52,102 nt of DNA from a candidate division WOR-3 bacterium (GTDB lineage: Bacteria > Hydrothermota > Tepidihabitantia > Tepidihabitantales > Tepidihabitantaceae): assembly GCA_965648905.1 (NCBI GenBank), contig CBFGIT010000007.1, forward strand, positions 72,805-124,906, given 5' to 3'. The notes beneath the pieces were generated by a model that was not told the DNA's origin, did not search any database, and was given only the letters and a program-made list of their open reading frames with translations. Made by a program: the position numbers and the translations under genes. Positions 37,486 to 47,300 of this stretch are shown here, piece by piece (within the stretch, counting starts at the first letter, position 1; each line of letters begins with the position of its first letter).

Positions 37486-38415
37486 CTACCGGTAGCGCGC
37501 GACAACTGCCTGAAGGTGTTCGGCCCCAGGCATGGCGTCCTGCCAGACATGGTAGGACGACTTCTCCCCCATATCTCTGTTGGCAACGACGCAGACGCGA
37601 CCCTCGCGGTCAAGCGCGTGAATGACCAAGGCACCAAGATGCCCGCCCTTGAGCGCGTCCAGGTCGCGCAGCGCCTCAGTGCAGGCTTCGTCAATCTGCA
37701 TCCCGGCCTTCAGATAGAGCACAACCGAACGTGCAGTCGCGGCCCTGATTGACATCTCACCGGTGTGGGTACAGGCGCACGCGCCATAGCGGCTGTCCGC
37801 ATACAGGCCCGCGCCGACAATCGGCGAGTCACCGACCCGGCCCGGATAGCCGTTGGCCCAGCCCGAAGTGCTCGTACCGGCAGCAAGACCGCCGTTCTTG
37901 GCACGGACAAGGAAGACCACCGTTCCGCCCTTGCCGAACTCGTGCGCCGACCGCCAGACGTGGTCTGCCAGTGACACGCCAGGTCGGCGCAGGCGTTCCG
38001 GGTCGATGTCGTGCTTCCGCAGCCATGCCTCGTGACTCTGCCGCGCCTCATCGGTCAGCATCTCTGCCTCTTCTGCTCCGACCTCGGCCGCAAACCGTGC
38101 CGCGCCATCGCCTGCGAGCATCACGTGTGGCAGCCGTTCCAGCACCTTTCGTGCGACCGAAACAGCGTGCAGATAGCCTCTGAGCCCGGCAATTGCGCCG
38201 ACCATGAGCGTATCTCCGTCCATGACCGCGGCATCGCAGACCACGTCACCGAGCAGATTCGGTCTACCGCCCCGGCCGACTGAGTCAACTCTTGGCTCAG
38301 CCTCGACCGGTCTGATCCCCGCCTCGACGACATCGAGGGCATCCCGACCTTCAAGCAGTGCCGCACGCGCCGCCTCCAGCCCGGGCCAACCTTCGCAGTT
38401 GGTAACGAAAGTCAT
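37486..38415 (-). CDS. Ntn hydrolase: glycosylasparaginase/isoaspartyl peptidase family
   Basis: SVGRGGRPN, CDAAVMDG, G|TVVF nucleophile and TSTSG...PGRVGDSPIVGAG. Start set 10 nt after TTGACC-16-TATCTT. Confidence 0.88.
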   Translation of the reverse strand: MTFVTNCEGWPGLEAARAALLEGRDALDVVEAGIRPVEAEPRVDSVGRGGRPNLLGDVVCDAAVMDGDTLMVGAIAGLRGYLHAVSVARKVLERLPHVMLAGDGAARFAAEVGAEEAEMLTDEARQSHEAWLRKHDIDPERLRRPGVSLADHVWRSAHEFGKGGTVVFLVRAKNGGLAAGTSTSGWANGYPGRVGDSPIVGAGLYADSRYGACACTHTGEMSIRAATARSVVLYLKAGMQIDEACTEALRDLDALKGGHLGALVIHALDREGRVCVVANRDMGEKSSYHVWQDAMPGAEHLQAVVARYR

Positions 38416-38508
38416 TGCAGGATAGAAGATAGCGGGCCGAGCGTCGCGGTCAACACACAACTACCTGTCGTGCACGTCGTGGCTGACCCAGGTCAGCCCG
38501 CGGGGAGC

Positions 38509-40950
38509 CTAGCGGCCGGACCCGCCGGGCACGACCGTCTCCTCGCCGGTTGCGGGTCGGCAGTCGTAGATAGCAGCAGTGCCGTCGCTCGTGATGTAGA
38601 GCAGAGTGAACTTGAGCTCGCCGGCGACGAAGTTTTCAAGGTCATCCATGTAGGAGAATATCTGCAGGTGTTCACGGTTATCCTTGAGTATCCAGCAGGC
38701 AAGGGCTGGAGTGTAGTCTCCAAGCCGGTGCCGGCCGGTGAACAACTCACGCGATACCTCGCGGAAGTCAACGAGCCGCTGTTCGAGCAGGTCAGGGTCG
38801 AGCCCGGCCGGCTTCAGGTCACGGAACGGCCAGAAAAGCGTCCGATACCCGGCAACGATGCTGTCGGACAGGGTCCAGGACATCTCGTCCAGGGCACGCT
38901 TCAGCAATGAGCCTGAATACTCAATGTCCTCGAGCTCTCTGAGCGTGTCGCCGTTGACATAGTAGCAGCGCCGGCCCGGATAGGCCGTGGTCAGCGCCGC
39001 ATTGAGGATGCCGCAATCGCGCGCATAGATGACGTCGCCCTTGAGGTCAAGCGGATTGGCAGTGAACCCGGCGCCGTAGTGGAAGCAGAAAACCAGGGCG
39101 TTGCTGATCGAGTTGCGTTTCACGTTGCGCAGGTACTTGCCGTTGACCCAGCCGTACGAGCTGTAGCTACGCAGCAGCGGCGGCAGGCTGATGCTGAGCA
39201 TCAGAACAAGGAGCACAACCACAGCCCGGCCGATGAACCGACTGACCGCTCGGTCGTCAACCGGCGTGTCGAACGTCGAGCGCAGGAGCCGGGGCAGAGT
39301 CTGCCCGCCGCGCACGGTCAGGAGCACCAGGGCTGCGCTCGACTCGTAGAGGAAGCGCGGGCCGAAACAGACGTTATGAAACCAGTAAAGAAAGTAAGCG
39401 CCGGCCAGGGATGCGTAGAGCGCAAGCATCAGCCAGTCACGCTTGTCGCGCGTGCCCGCGGCAAAGAGAACCGCGAGCGGCACGAGCGAAGGCAGGGGCC
39501 ACTCGAACAGGAACTTGTTCAACAAGTTCGCATCATGGCCGGTGTGGATGAGTCCGCGTAAAGGCGTGTGCTGGTCGCCCCAACCGCTCTTGCCGAACCC
39601 GATTTCATGCCCTGCTCCCCACTTGACCACATAGCCGAAGAGCAGCGGATGGCCGTTGGTCAGCCAGTTGTAGACCAGCGCCAGACTCGTAACTACGGCA
39701 GCAGCAGCAACCATCAGCACGAACCGAGGCAGGAAGTAGCCGGGCCGACGGACAACGAGCCAGAGTCCGTACAGGGCGAACGGCGCGGCGATACCTAAGG
39801 CCGAAAGCGAGCGGATGTTGGCGACAAGACCGAGCAGGAGCCCGGCGAGCAGCGCCGAGTGCCACCGGCCGTATTTGATTGTGCGGAAGTAGTAGAGCGC
39901 GAAGAGCGTGGTGAAAAGCAGGGCCGAGGCATGGTTCATGTACTCGGCAGACATGTTGAAGATGAACGGCGTGAAAGCACCGAGCACTGCGCCGAGCCGG
40001 CCGGTCGTTTCGTCGTAGACCTCACGGCCGAGGAAATAGATGGCGCCGACCGACAGACTGCCGAAGAGCGGATTGATGACCCAGGGCATCCGAATCAGGA
40101 CTCCGAGCATCAGGAAGAACGAATGAAGGAACGGATACTGTGAGTACCAGCGCCCGCCCGGGCCGGGCCAGTTCTCGACCGCGAAACCCGAGGCCGGATG
40201 GCCGGTCTGGGCCGGGATATTGATGATGTGGGTGTAGTCAAAGAAGTCAGGGAACGCGGGAGCCGGCAGGTATAGACGACCCGAGGCGAAAATCCGGGCC
40301 TGGAAGAGCTGGGCGATTGAGTCCTGAATATGAGGCAGGTGCTCGAATACGAAGAAAGATATGAGGTTGGCAACGATGAACGTGAATCCAACACATAGCG
40401 CAACGAATCGCCAGCGGGGCATGGCCATCAGTTGGCCGTAGGCCCGCTCTATCGGATTGTCAAGAAAGCGCAGGTGGCGATATATGCCGGCCATGAGCAG
40501 GGCAAACCCGGTTCCGGCCACGACCACATAGAAGACCATGTTCGTGCCTGAGTCTTCGGGTTTCAGATTCCCCGGCTCCCAGGGAACGATTGACAGCATG
40601 AACAGCAGGAGAACCACAAGCAGCGGAGCAGCAAACCGGCTCTCGCGCCAGGGTCTGGTTACGGCCCGACGGAACTGTGGGAAAACGAGTGCGGCAGCCA
40701 GCAGGAGTGCCGGCAGACCGAAAACCACGAGCAGAGCCGGGAAGTAGTAGAAGAAGTAGCTCGGCGTTCCGGGCAGATGGACATACACCTTCCACCGCGC
40801 GGCCCGGATAAAGTCACCGGAATAGTTGGCGTGAGCCGCAAAGAAGAGCAGTAACAGCCCGACTGCCGTCAGCACGGCCCGAACCGCCGGGCTGACTCCG
40901 GCTCCGGGTCTCGGAACAGCAGTTTCGCGGGCAGGGTCGTGTCGTTTCAT
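38509..40950 (-). CDS. Polytopic GT-C glycosyltransferase (ArnT/PMT, GT39/83-like)
   Basis: Many TM helices. PHIQDSIAQLFQARIFA loop motif, SQYP and GPRF. Promoter TTGACC-16-TATAAT (40991-40964). Confidence 0.8.
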   Translation of the reverse strand: MKRHDPARETAVPRPGAGVSPAVRAVLTAVGLLLLFFAAHANYSGDFIRAARWKVYVHLPGTPSYFFYYFPALLVVFGLPALLLAAALVFPQFRRAVTRPWRESRFAAPLLVVLLLFMLSIVPWEPGNLKPEDSGTNMVFYVVVAGTGFALLMAGIYRHLRFLDNPIERAYGQLMAMPRWRFVALCVGFTFIVANLISFFVFEHLPHIQDSIAQLFQARIFASGRLYLPAPAFPDFFDYTHIINIPAQTGHPASGFAVENWPGPGGRWYSQYPFLHSFFLMLGVLIRMPWVINPLFGSLSVGAIYFLGREVYDETTGRLGAVLGAFTPFIFNMSAEYMNHASALLFTTLFALYYFRTIKYGRWHSALLAGLLLGLVANIRSLSALGIAAPFALYGLWLVVRRPGYFLPRFVLMVAAAAVVTSLALVYNWLTNGHPLLFGYVVKWGAGHEIGFGKSGWGDQHTPLRGLIHTGHDANLLNKFLFEWPLPSLVPLAVLFAAGTRDKRDWLMLALYASLAGAYFLYWFHNVCFGPRFLYESSAALVLLTVRGGQTLPRLLRSTFDTPVDDRAVSRFIGRAVVVLLVLMLSISLPPLLRSYSSYGWVNGKYLRNVKRNSISNALVFCFHYGAGFTANPLDLKGDVIYARDCGILNAALTTAYPGRRCYYVNGDTLRELEDIEYSGSLLKRALDEMSWTLSDSIVAGYRTLFWPFRDLKPAGLDPDLLEQRLVDFREVSRELFTGRHRLGDYTPALACWILKDNREHLQIFSYMDDLENFVAGELKFTLLYITSDGTAAIYDCRPATGEETVVPGGSGR

Positions 40951-41040
40951 GGTCGGGCTGTGAATTATAGGGCAGCGCCGGCCCGGGTCAACGCGACACC
41001 GGAACGGTCCGGCTGACTTGTCGTGTTGCCGGTTGTACGG

Positions 41041-41937
41041 TCAGCGCAGGCCGGTGTCAGGCGTGCCGACCTTGACTCCCTGACGCTGCATTGCCCGGAT
41101 GCGGTTCAGGGCGATACCTGAGCCGACCAGTCCGAGCAGGCCACCGAGCAGGATGTTGGCTGCAAGAATCCCAAGGAGCGGGAACACCGGCGTTGGAACC
41201 GCGGTGCCGATGAGTCGAACCAGCGCCACGAGGAAAAGAAACGCCGCCGCACCGCCGGCCAGGCCCTGGGTTGTGCCTTCGATGATGAACGGTGTTCGAA
41301 CCGCAGCCTCGGACGCACCGACCAGCTCCATGATTTCGACTTCCCGGCTGCGGGCAACGATTGAAGACTCGACCGTCTGGAACACAATGAAGGCGACCGC
41401 GGCCGACACGATGACGAGAATGACGACATCAAGCAGGAGCAGGGTGCGGATGATGCGGTCTAGCTGGGCGACGAACTCCTTGCCGGACCAGACCTCGGTC
41501 ACCCCGGGGAGGAGCAGCAGCTTCTGCTCAATCTGCTCGACCTGTGCTGCTGACGCGTAGTCGGGTGCGACCGTGACCCGGACCGATGGCGGCAGCGGGT
41601 TCTCGGTCAGCACGCTGACCAAAGTGCTGTCGGTTCCCAGGTCCTGACGCAGTTCATCAAGGGCCTGTTCCTTGGATACGTAGCGGGCCCGGATGATGCC
41701 GGTAATCGCGCCGGCCCGGGAAACAGCCAGCTCCGGGTCAGCATCTTCGGCAAGAAAGGCCTGCAACTCAATCCTGGTACCGGCCGTGCGCGACAGAGCA
41801 ACGACATTGAGCGTGAGTACGACGAATATCGAGAACAGAAGCAGGCAGATAGCCTGAACTGACGCGGCGAGCGCATAGCCCGAGCGGTTTCGGGAGACCG
41901 AGCGGAGTGCCTCCTGGAGTATGTGACTAGCCCTCAT
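41041..41937 (-). CDS. ftsX: Cell-division permease FtsX
   Basis: YVSKEQAL, ENPLP and REVEIMELVGA...PFIIEG. Overlaps the ftsE stop. Confidence 0.93.
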   Translation of the reverse strand: MRASHILQEALRSVSRNRSGYALAASVQAICLLLFSIFVVLTLNVVALSRTAGTRIELQAFLAEDADPELAVSRAGAITGIIRARYVSKEQALDELRQDLGTDSTLVSVLTENPLPPSVRVTVAPDYASAAQVEQIEQKLLLLPGVTEVWSGKEFVAQLDRIIRTLLLLDVVILVIVSAAVAFIVFQTVESSIVARSREVEIMELVGASEAAVRTPFIIEGTTQGLAGGAAAFLFLVALVRLIGTAVPTPVFPLLGILAANILLGGLLGLVGSGIALNRIRAMQRQGVKVGTPDTGLR

Positions 41938-42616
41938 CGCGCACAATCCTTCCGGCATCGAGCGTCACGCGGCGACGCCGGGTCCGCTCAGCCAGGTCGG
42001 CGTCGTGGGTCGCCATGATGACGGTGGCACCCTGATAGTTGATGTCCTTGAGCACGTTCAGGATGTCGGCTGAAGCCTTGGGGTCAATGTTGCCGGTCGG
42101 CTCGTCGGCCAGAAGAAGCTCGGGTTCCTTGACCAGAGCGCGGGCAATCGAGGTCTTCTGCTGCTCGCCGCCTGACAACTGATGCGGATACGAGTCCTTC
42201 TTATGGATAATCCCGAGCCGGTTCAGGGTTTCGGTGATGCGGCCCGGAGTAGCAGACGGGTCGGTGCCGACGCAGCGCAGCACGAACTCGAGGTTCTCGT
42301 ACACCGTCCGCTCGGCCAGCAGTTTGAAATCCTGGAAGATGATACCGATGCGGCGTCTCAAGACCGGGATGTCGCGTCGAGACATGGTGTTCAGTCGGTG
42401 GCCGAGCACGAAGACGTCACCCGAATCAGGCAGGTCCTGACGGTACAGCAGCCGGAGCAGCGTCGTCTTGCCCGCTCCGGTCGCTCCGAGCACAAAGACG
42501 AAATCACCCCGTTCCACGGTCAGGCTGACATCAGTCAGGGCCGGCCAGGCACCGCCGTACAGGCGCGAGACGTTGGTCAGTTGGACCGCATGAGTGTCAG
42601 GAGTTGAACCGGTCAT
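41927..42616 (-). CDS. ftsE: Cell-division ATP-binding protein FtsE
   Basis: [40 protein letters not shown] and ATHD. Confidence 0.94.
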   Translation of the reverse strand: MTGSTPDTHAVQLTNVSRLYGGAWPALTDVSLTVERGDFVFVLGATGAGKTTLLRLLYRQDLPDSGDVFVLGHRLNTMSRRDIPVLRRRIGIIFQDFKLLAERTVYENLEFVLRCVGTDPSATPGRITETLNRLGIIHKKDSYPHQLSGGEQQKTSIARALVKEPELLLADEPTGNIDPKASADILNVLKDINYQGATVIMATHDADLAERTRRRRVTLDAGRIVRDEG

Positions 42617-42620
42617 ATGC

Positions 42621-43280
42621 CTACTTCAAGTACCACCGGGCAAGCACCCAGCAGGCCATGATGCCATCCCGGGCACCGATCTTTTTGCCTTCCCGGCGTG
42701 CCTGATACTGGATTGGAACCTCGACAATGCGGCAGCCGCGGCGCAGGAGCTTGACCGTAATCTCCGGCTCGATGTCAAACCGGCTGGCAGTCAAATTGAG
42801 GCTTTGAAACAGGGGACGGCGGATCGCCTTATAGCAGGTCTCCATGTCGGTGATGCAGCCACCGAAGAGCAGATTGGTCAGGAACGTAAGCAGGTAGTTG
42901 GCCAGCCGGGACAAGAACAGGAAGCTACCCCGGCCCCGGAAGCGCGAACCATAGACCGCATCAACCCCTGGAGAACGGAACGGAGCAAGCAGAGCCGGGT
43001 AGTCGTCCGGGCTGTACTCAAGGTCTGCGTCCTGAATGATTGCGACGTCACCGGTCGCGTGGGCCAGTGCGGTTCTGACCGCGGCTCCCTTGCCCTGGTT
43101 TCGGTCATGGGTGAACAGCCGGATACCATCAACGGTACGCAGTATTTCTGCTGTCCGGTCGCGCGAGCAGTCGTCAACGACCACGATTTCCTTGTCAACC
43201 GGGACTGCCTTGACGCGCTCAATCAACCGGGTCACCGACTTTTCCTCGTTGAACACCGGAATCAGCACCGACAGCTTCAC
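42621..43280 (-). CDS. GT2 glycosyltransferase (DPM1/polyprenol-phosphate glycosyltransferase-like)
   Basis: LSVLIPVFNE, VDDCSRD, NQGKGAA, QDADLEY, GSRF and TDMETCYK. GTGA overlap with the upstream gene. Confidence 0.92.
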   Translation of the reverse strand: MKLSVLIPVFNEEKSVTRLIERVKAVPVDKEIVVVDDCSRDRTAEILRTVDGIRLFTHDRNQGKGAAVRTALAHATGDVAIIQDADLEYSPDDYPALLAPFRSPGVDAVYGSRFRGRGSFLFLSRLANYLLTFLTNLLFGGCITDMETCYKAIRRPLFQSLNLTASRFDIEPEITVKLLRRGCRIVEVPIQYQARREGKKIGARDGIMACWVLARWYLK

Positions 43281-44236
43281 ACCAGAACACCACAAGCCAA
43301 CTGCCGACCCTGGTCCACGGAATTGTGCCTGCTGTCAACTGCCACCCAGTTCCCGAGCCCGGACCGGGCCAGGGCCGCAAGGCAGCAGGCAACGAGCACA
43401 CCCTGGTCCGCACCGGCACACGGAGCCGTGCCGGCCAGGCTGGCTCGGATGAAGTCGGCACACTGGCGGGTCAGCGGCAGAGATGTCCAGTCCTGTCCGC
43501 CAGCCGGAGAGCAGTCGGAAAAGACCGCGGTTCCGGATGTGCCGCAGACACGGAACCGTCTGACCCAGGGGCCGCGGGTCCATGCTGCCCAGCCCGATAC
43601 GACCATGTCTTTCGGATAAAGAAGCTGATACGACAGTGCCTGACCATTGGCCCGGGACCGGCTGCGTGCGGCAAGCGGCAGACCGAACAGCGCGGTTGTC
43701 ATCGCAAGGTCGTGCGGCACCAGGTCGCAGAGCACGCCGGCCGAGCTGGCTGAACCCCGAGAAGTGCGAACCGCGGTGAGTCGAACCGGTTCGCCCAGAC
43801 TGCCGCTCTCGACCGCAGTCCGCAGGGTCTTGAATCCGTCATGGTAGACCATGGTATGGCCGACCGCAAGCACCCGGTTGCGGACCTGGGCGAGTCGGGC
43901 CAGCTCCTCGGCATGGTCGATGTCCAGTGTCATCGGTTTCTCAACCAGCACGTGTTTATTCGCCTGCAGGGCCTGGCAGGCCAGCGTGTAGTGAGTGCGG
44001 TCCGGCGACGCGACAATCAAAGCATCGCAGTCGATGTCACACAGCAGCTCATCCAGCTTCTTGTAGACCGGGAATGAGTGTCCGGCGTGCCTGGTCCGGT
44101 CCGGGTCTGCGCCGGCAACCAGATGACACTCAGGCAGCCGGCTCAGGGTCGCGACATAGTTGGCGCCCCACCGGCCCAGCCCGATAACAGCGACACGCAG
44201 CCGGCCTGATTCTGCGCTAGCTCGAGCGTGTCCCAT
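43277..44236 (-). CDS. Gfo/Idh/MocA-family oxidoreductase
   Basis: [21 protein letters not shown] and DLVPHD. Confidence 0.88.
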   Translation of the reverse strand: MGHARASAESGRLRVAVIGLGRWGANYVATLSRLPECHLVAGADPDRTRHAGHSFPVYKKLDELLCDIDCDALIVASPDRTHYTLACQALQANKHVLVEKPMTLDIDHAEELARLAQVRNRVLAVGHTMVYHDGFKTLRTAVESGSLGEPVRLTAVRTSRGSASSAGVLCDLVPHDLAMTTALFGLPLAARSRSRANGQALSYQLLYPKDMVVSGWAAWTRGPWVRRFRVCGTSGTAVFSDCSPAGGQDWTSLPLTRQCADFIRASLAGTAPCAGADQGVLVACCLAALARSGLGNWVAVDSRHNSVDQGRQLACGVLV

Positions 44237-45158
44237 GCCGGGCAAACCAGTCAATCGTAAGTTTGAGTCCGGACTCAAGCGTGACAATCGGGCGCCAGCC
44301 GAGAAGACGGCGGGCACGTCGGATGTCCGGCCGGCGCTGCTTCGGGTCGTCTTCGGGCAGCGGCTCGAACCGCAAGGAGCTCTTCGAGCCGGTCAGCCGA
44401 CGTACCAGGCGGGCGAACTCAAGAATTGAGAATTCGACCGGGTTGCCGAGGTTGACCGGCATCGGGTCGGCGCAGCCGGCCAGCCGATACAGCCCCTCGA
44501 CCATGTCCGACACATAGCAGAAACTCCGCGTCTGACGGCCCGAGCCGTAGACTGTCAATGGGACACCGGCCAAGGCTTGACTTATCAGGTTCGGCACGAC
44601 CCGGCCGTCGTCAAGTTTCATACGCGGACCATAGGTGTTGAAGATTCGGGCAATACGCACGGCCAGCCCGATTCGGCGGTGATAGGCCATGACCAGTGCC
44701 TCGGCATACCGCTTCGACTCATCGTAGACCGAGCGAACTCCCACCGGATTGACGTGACCCCAGTACTGCTCGACCTGGGGATGAATCTGGGGGTCACCGT
44801 AGACCTCGGAGGTTGACGCCTGGACAAACACCGCCTTCTTGCGGCGACATAGTTCGAGCAGATTACGCGTACCCTGAGCCCCAACCGCGAGCGTCTCCAG
44901 CGGCCGAGCCAGATAGTCACGCGGCGAGGCCGGAGAGGCGAGATTGTAAAGCAGGTCAAGCCGCCCGGCGACCGTCAGAGGCCGGGTGACATCGTGCCGG
45001 AGGAACTGGAATCCGGGACGGCGTGCCAGATGAGAGACATTGGCACGACGGCCGGTCAGGAGGTTATCGACGCAGACAACAGCGAACCCGCGGTCGAGCA
45101 AATACTCGCAGAGGTGCGAGCCGATGAACCCGGCTCCGCCGGCAACCAGTGCCCTCAA
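44217..45158 (-). CDS. uxs: UDP-glucuronate decarboxylase (UDP-xylose synthase) family SDR
   Basis: [48 protein letters not shown] and [10 protein letters not shown]. Confidence 0.92.
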   Translation of the reverse strand: MRALVAGGAGFIGSHLCEYLLDRGFAVVCVDNLLTGRRANVSHLARRPGFQFLRHDVTRPLTVAGRLDLLYNLASPASPRDYLARPLETLAVGAQGTRNLLELCRRKKAVFVQASTSEVYGDPQIHPQVEQYWGHVNPVGVRSVYDESKRYAEALVMAYHRRIGLAVRIARIFNTYGPRMKLDDGRVVPNLISQALAGVPLTVYGSGRQTRSFCYVSDMVEGLYRLAGCADPMPVNLGNPVEFSILEFARLVRRLTGSKSSLRFEPLPEDDPKQRRPDIRRARRLLGWRPIVTLESGLKLTIDWFARHGTRSS

Positions 45159-46444
45159 CGGCCGACCCCGATGTAGGTGAAGCCGAGTTTCTCGACGTCG
45201 GCGCGCTCAAACAGGTTGCGACCATCACAGATAATCGGCAGCCGCATCCGCTTCTTCAGCTCAGCCAGGTCGAGCTTCTTGAACTCGGGCCATTCGGTCA
45301 GCACGGCCAGAAGGTCCGCGTCATCGGCAACGTCCTCGGCCCGACGGCAGAACTCGATGCCGGGGATGACTTGCCGGGCCCGTTCCATTGCCTGCGGGTC
45401 AAAGGCACGAACCCGGGCACCCTCAGCCACCAGTTCGGCAATGATGTCGATTGAAGGGGCATAGCGCATGTCGTCGGTGTTCGGCTTGAACGCCAGACCG
45501 AGCACGCCGATGTTCTTGTCGCGGAGGTTCCATAGTACGGAACGGATTCTGCGCACGAAGCGCCGCTTGGCGTCTTCGTTGACCGCCTCGACCTCCTTGA
45601 GCAACCGAAAGTCGTAGCCGAGTTCGGCCGCGATACCGATAAATGCACGCAGGTCCTTGGGAAAGCAGAACCCGCCGTAGCCGATGCCCGCGGCCAGGAA
45701 ATCAGGGCCGATACGCCGGTCCATGCCCATGCCAGCAGCAACCTGGCGCACGTCGGCGCCCGCCGCCTCACAGATAACCGCCAGGGCATTGGCAAATGAT
45801 ATCTTCATCGAGAGGAAAGCGTTTGAGGCGTGTTTTATCAGCTCAGCACTGGCCAGGTCGGTGAAGATAATCGGAGCCTCAATCGGCCGGTAGACTTCAG
45901 CCATTATCTCACGGGCCCGGTCCGACTCGACGCCGACAACAATCCGGTCCGGGTGCAGGAAATCCTCCACCGCCGACCCCTCACGCAGAAACTCCGGGTT
46001 GGACGCCACATCAAACGGAGTGCCGGCCTTGTTGTAGCGCTCGATCGTCGTCCGCACCCACTTGCCGGTCTGGACCGGCACGGTCGACTTCTCGACAACA
46101 AGGTGATAGTCCCTCATACTCGTGGCGATGTCACGTGCCACGCTCTCAACGTGAGTCAGGTCCGGACCACCCGAATCGCGCGGCGGGGTCCCGACCGCGA
46201 TGAACGCGACCGTGCTCCGGCCTACCGCACTTCGGATGTCGGTCGTGAAAGAGAGCCGGCCGTCAGCCGCCGCCTTGCGGATGATATCGTGCAACCCGGG
46301 TTCGTATATCGGCATCCCGCCTGACTTGAGCAGGTCAACCTTTGCCGGGTCGTTGTCCACACAGATGACCTCATGACCAATTGTAGCCAAGCAGGCGCCA
46401 GAAGTCAGGCCCACATAGCCGGTGCCAATCATCGCAATCTTCAC
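45155..46444 (-). CDS. ugd: UDP-glucose 6-dehydrogenase
   Basis: [37 protein letters not shown] and FKPNTDDMR. Confidence 0.96.
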   Translation of the reverse strand: MKIAMIGTGYVGLTSGACLATIGHEVICVDNDPAKVDLLKSGGMPIYEPGLHDIIRKAAADGRLSFTTDIRSAVGRSTVAFIAVGTPPRDSGGPDLTHVESVARDIATSMRDYHLVVEKSTVPVQTGKWVRTTIERYNKAGTPFDVASNPEFLREGSAVEDFLHPDRIVVGVESDRAREIMAEVYRPIEAPIIFTDLASAELIKHASNAFLSMKISFANALAVICEAAGADVRQVAAGMGMDRRIGPDFLAAGIGYGGFCFPKDLRAFIGIAAELGYDFRLLKEVEAVNEDAKRRFVRRIRSVLWNLRDKNIGVLGLAFKPNTDDMRYAPSIDIIAELVAEGARVRAFDPQAMERARQVIPGIEFCRRAEDVADDADLLAVLTEWPEFKKLDLAELKKRMRLPIICDGRNLFERADVEKLGFTYIGVGR

Positions 46445-46450
46445 GACTGA

Positions 46451-46478
46451 ACTATATTGGTGAACCTGTGATAGTCAA
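46451..46478 (-). promoter_or_regulatory. Sigma70-type promoter, probable leaderless ugd operon
   Basis: TTGACT-16bp-TATAGT, 6 nt before GTG 46444. Confidence 0.72.
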
Positions 46479-46931
46479 GCACCGCGTCGAACCAACCCAG
46501 CCTGCCGTGGACCGGCAGGGCAACTGTCTCCAGCCACCCTGCCGACCCACGGGTTATTCGCTCACAACCCACCTAGCATGACGGCAGTCCAGTTCCCTGC
46601 CCAGGCCCGCAAAGTCGCTCCGCGTTCAAATAGCGGCTCTGCCTGACCTCAGCGGCCGTCCGGCTCGGCTCGGTCCCGGCGCAGCAGGAGGCTGGTCCGC
46701 GCGAGTTCCGAACCACTGGTCAGTTCCGGTGAGTCCGGCTCGGTCAGCGGCTCAGGTCTTGCACCGAACAGATGCGCCAGCAGCGGATACCTGCCACAGC
46801 ACCTGGTCCCAGAACCTGAAACGACAGCCGGTATGCCCTCGGCCACTGGGTTCTGCTTGCTATCCGTCTGACCACCATCACTGCCCATGGTGCTAATCCA
46901 AGCAACAACCGTGCCATCTGACTGCTGACCA

Positions 46932-47062
46932 TAAGTCACGTACTATTAGTACGTTAGACATCAAGACCGACCTGACCCATCCAGACCAACCGTGCCTGGC
47001 ACACACGGCAGAGTGTGTCTTGCCTGGCTTGGTCATGCAAGTCGTTATCCAACTATATGTTA
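46932..47062. promoter_or_regulatory. Pair of 25-bp boxes (46932-46956 and 47038-47062)
   Basis: taagtcacgtactattagtacgtta(g) and caagtcgttatccaactatatgtta(g), 106 bp apart, preceded by a weak 12-periodic tract at about 46790-46930. Confidence 0.58.
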
Positions 47063-47163
47063 GAGTGTCTCATGAAATGATACACCGGGTTGTGAGAATG
47101 AAACAGACTGGCAGGCATGGGACCAGTCGGCCCGGATATCAAGGGAACTGCGACGGGCCTGGA

Positions 47164-47192
47164 TTGACGCCTCGAACCCGGGCCACTATAAT
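47164..47192 (+). promoter_or_regulatory. Sigma70 promoter of the hypD operon
   Basis: TTGACG-17bp-TATAAT. Confidence 0.78.
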
Positions 47193-47300
47193 CACCACAT
47201 CAAAGTCAAGAACCGCGGCCATGTTCTCGAGCGCCGTCTGCTCAACCGAATCAACTGTCTGGTTGCCGAACTATGCCGGACACGGAGTCGTGTCACCCTG

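Noticed and set aside
42594..43619. 341-aa plus-strand ORF and similar long antisense ORFs (e.g. 2945-3808, 20350-21258, 23484-24356)
   Set aside because: All lie opposite well-supported genes and show no recognisable domains.
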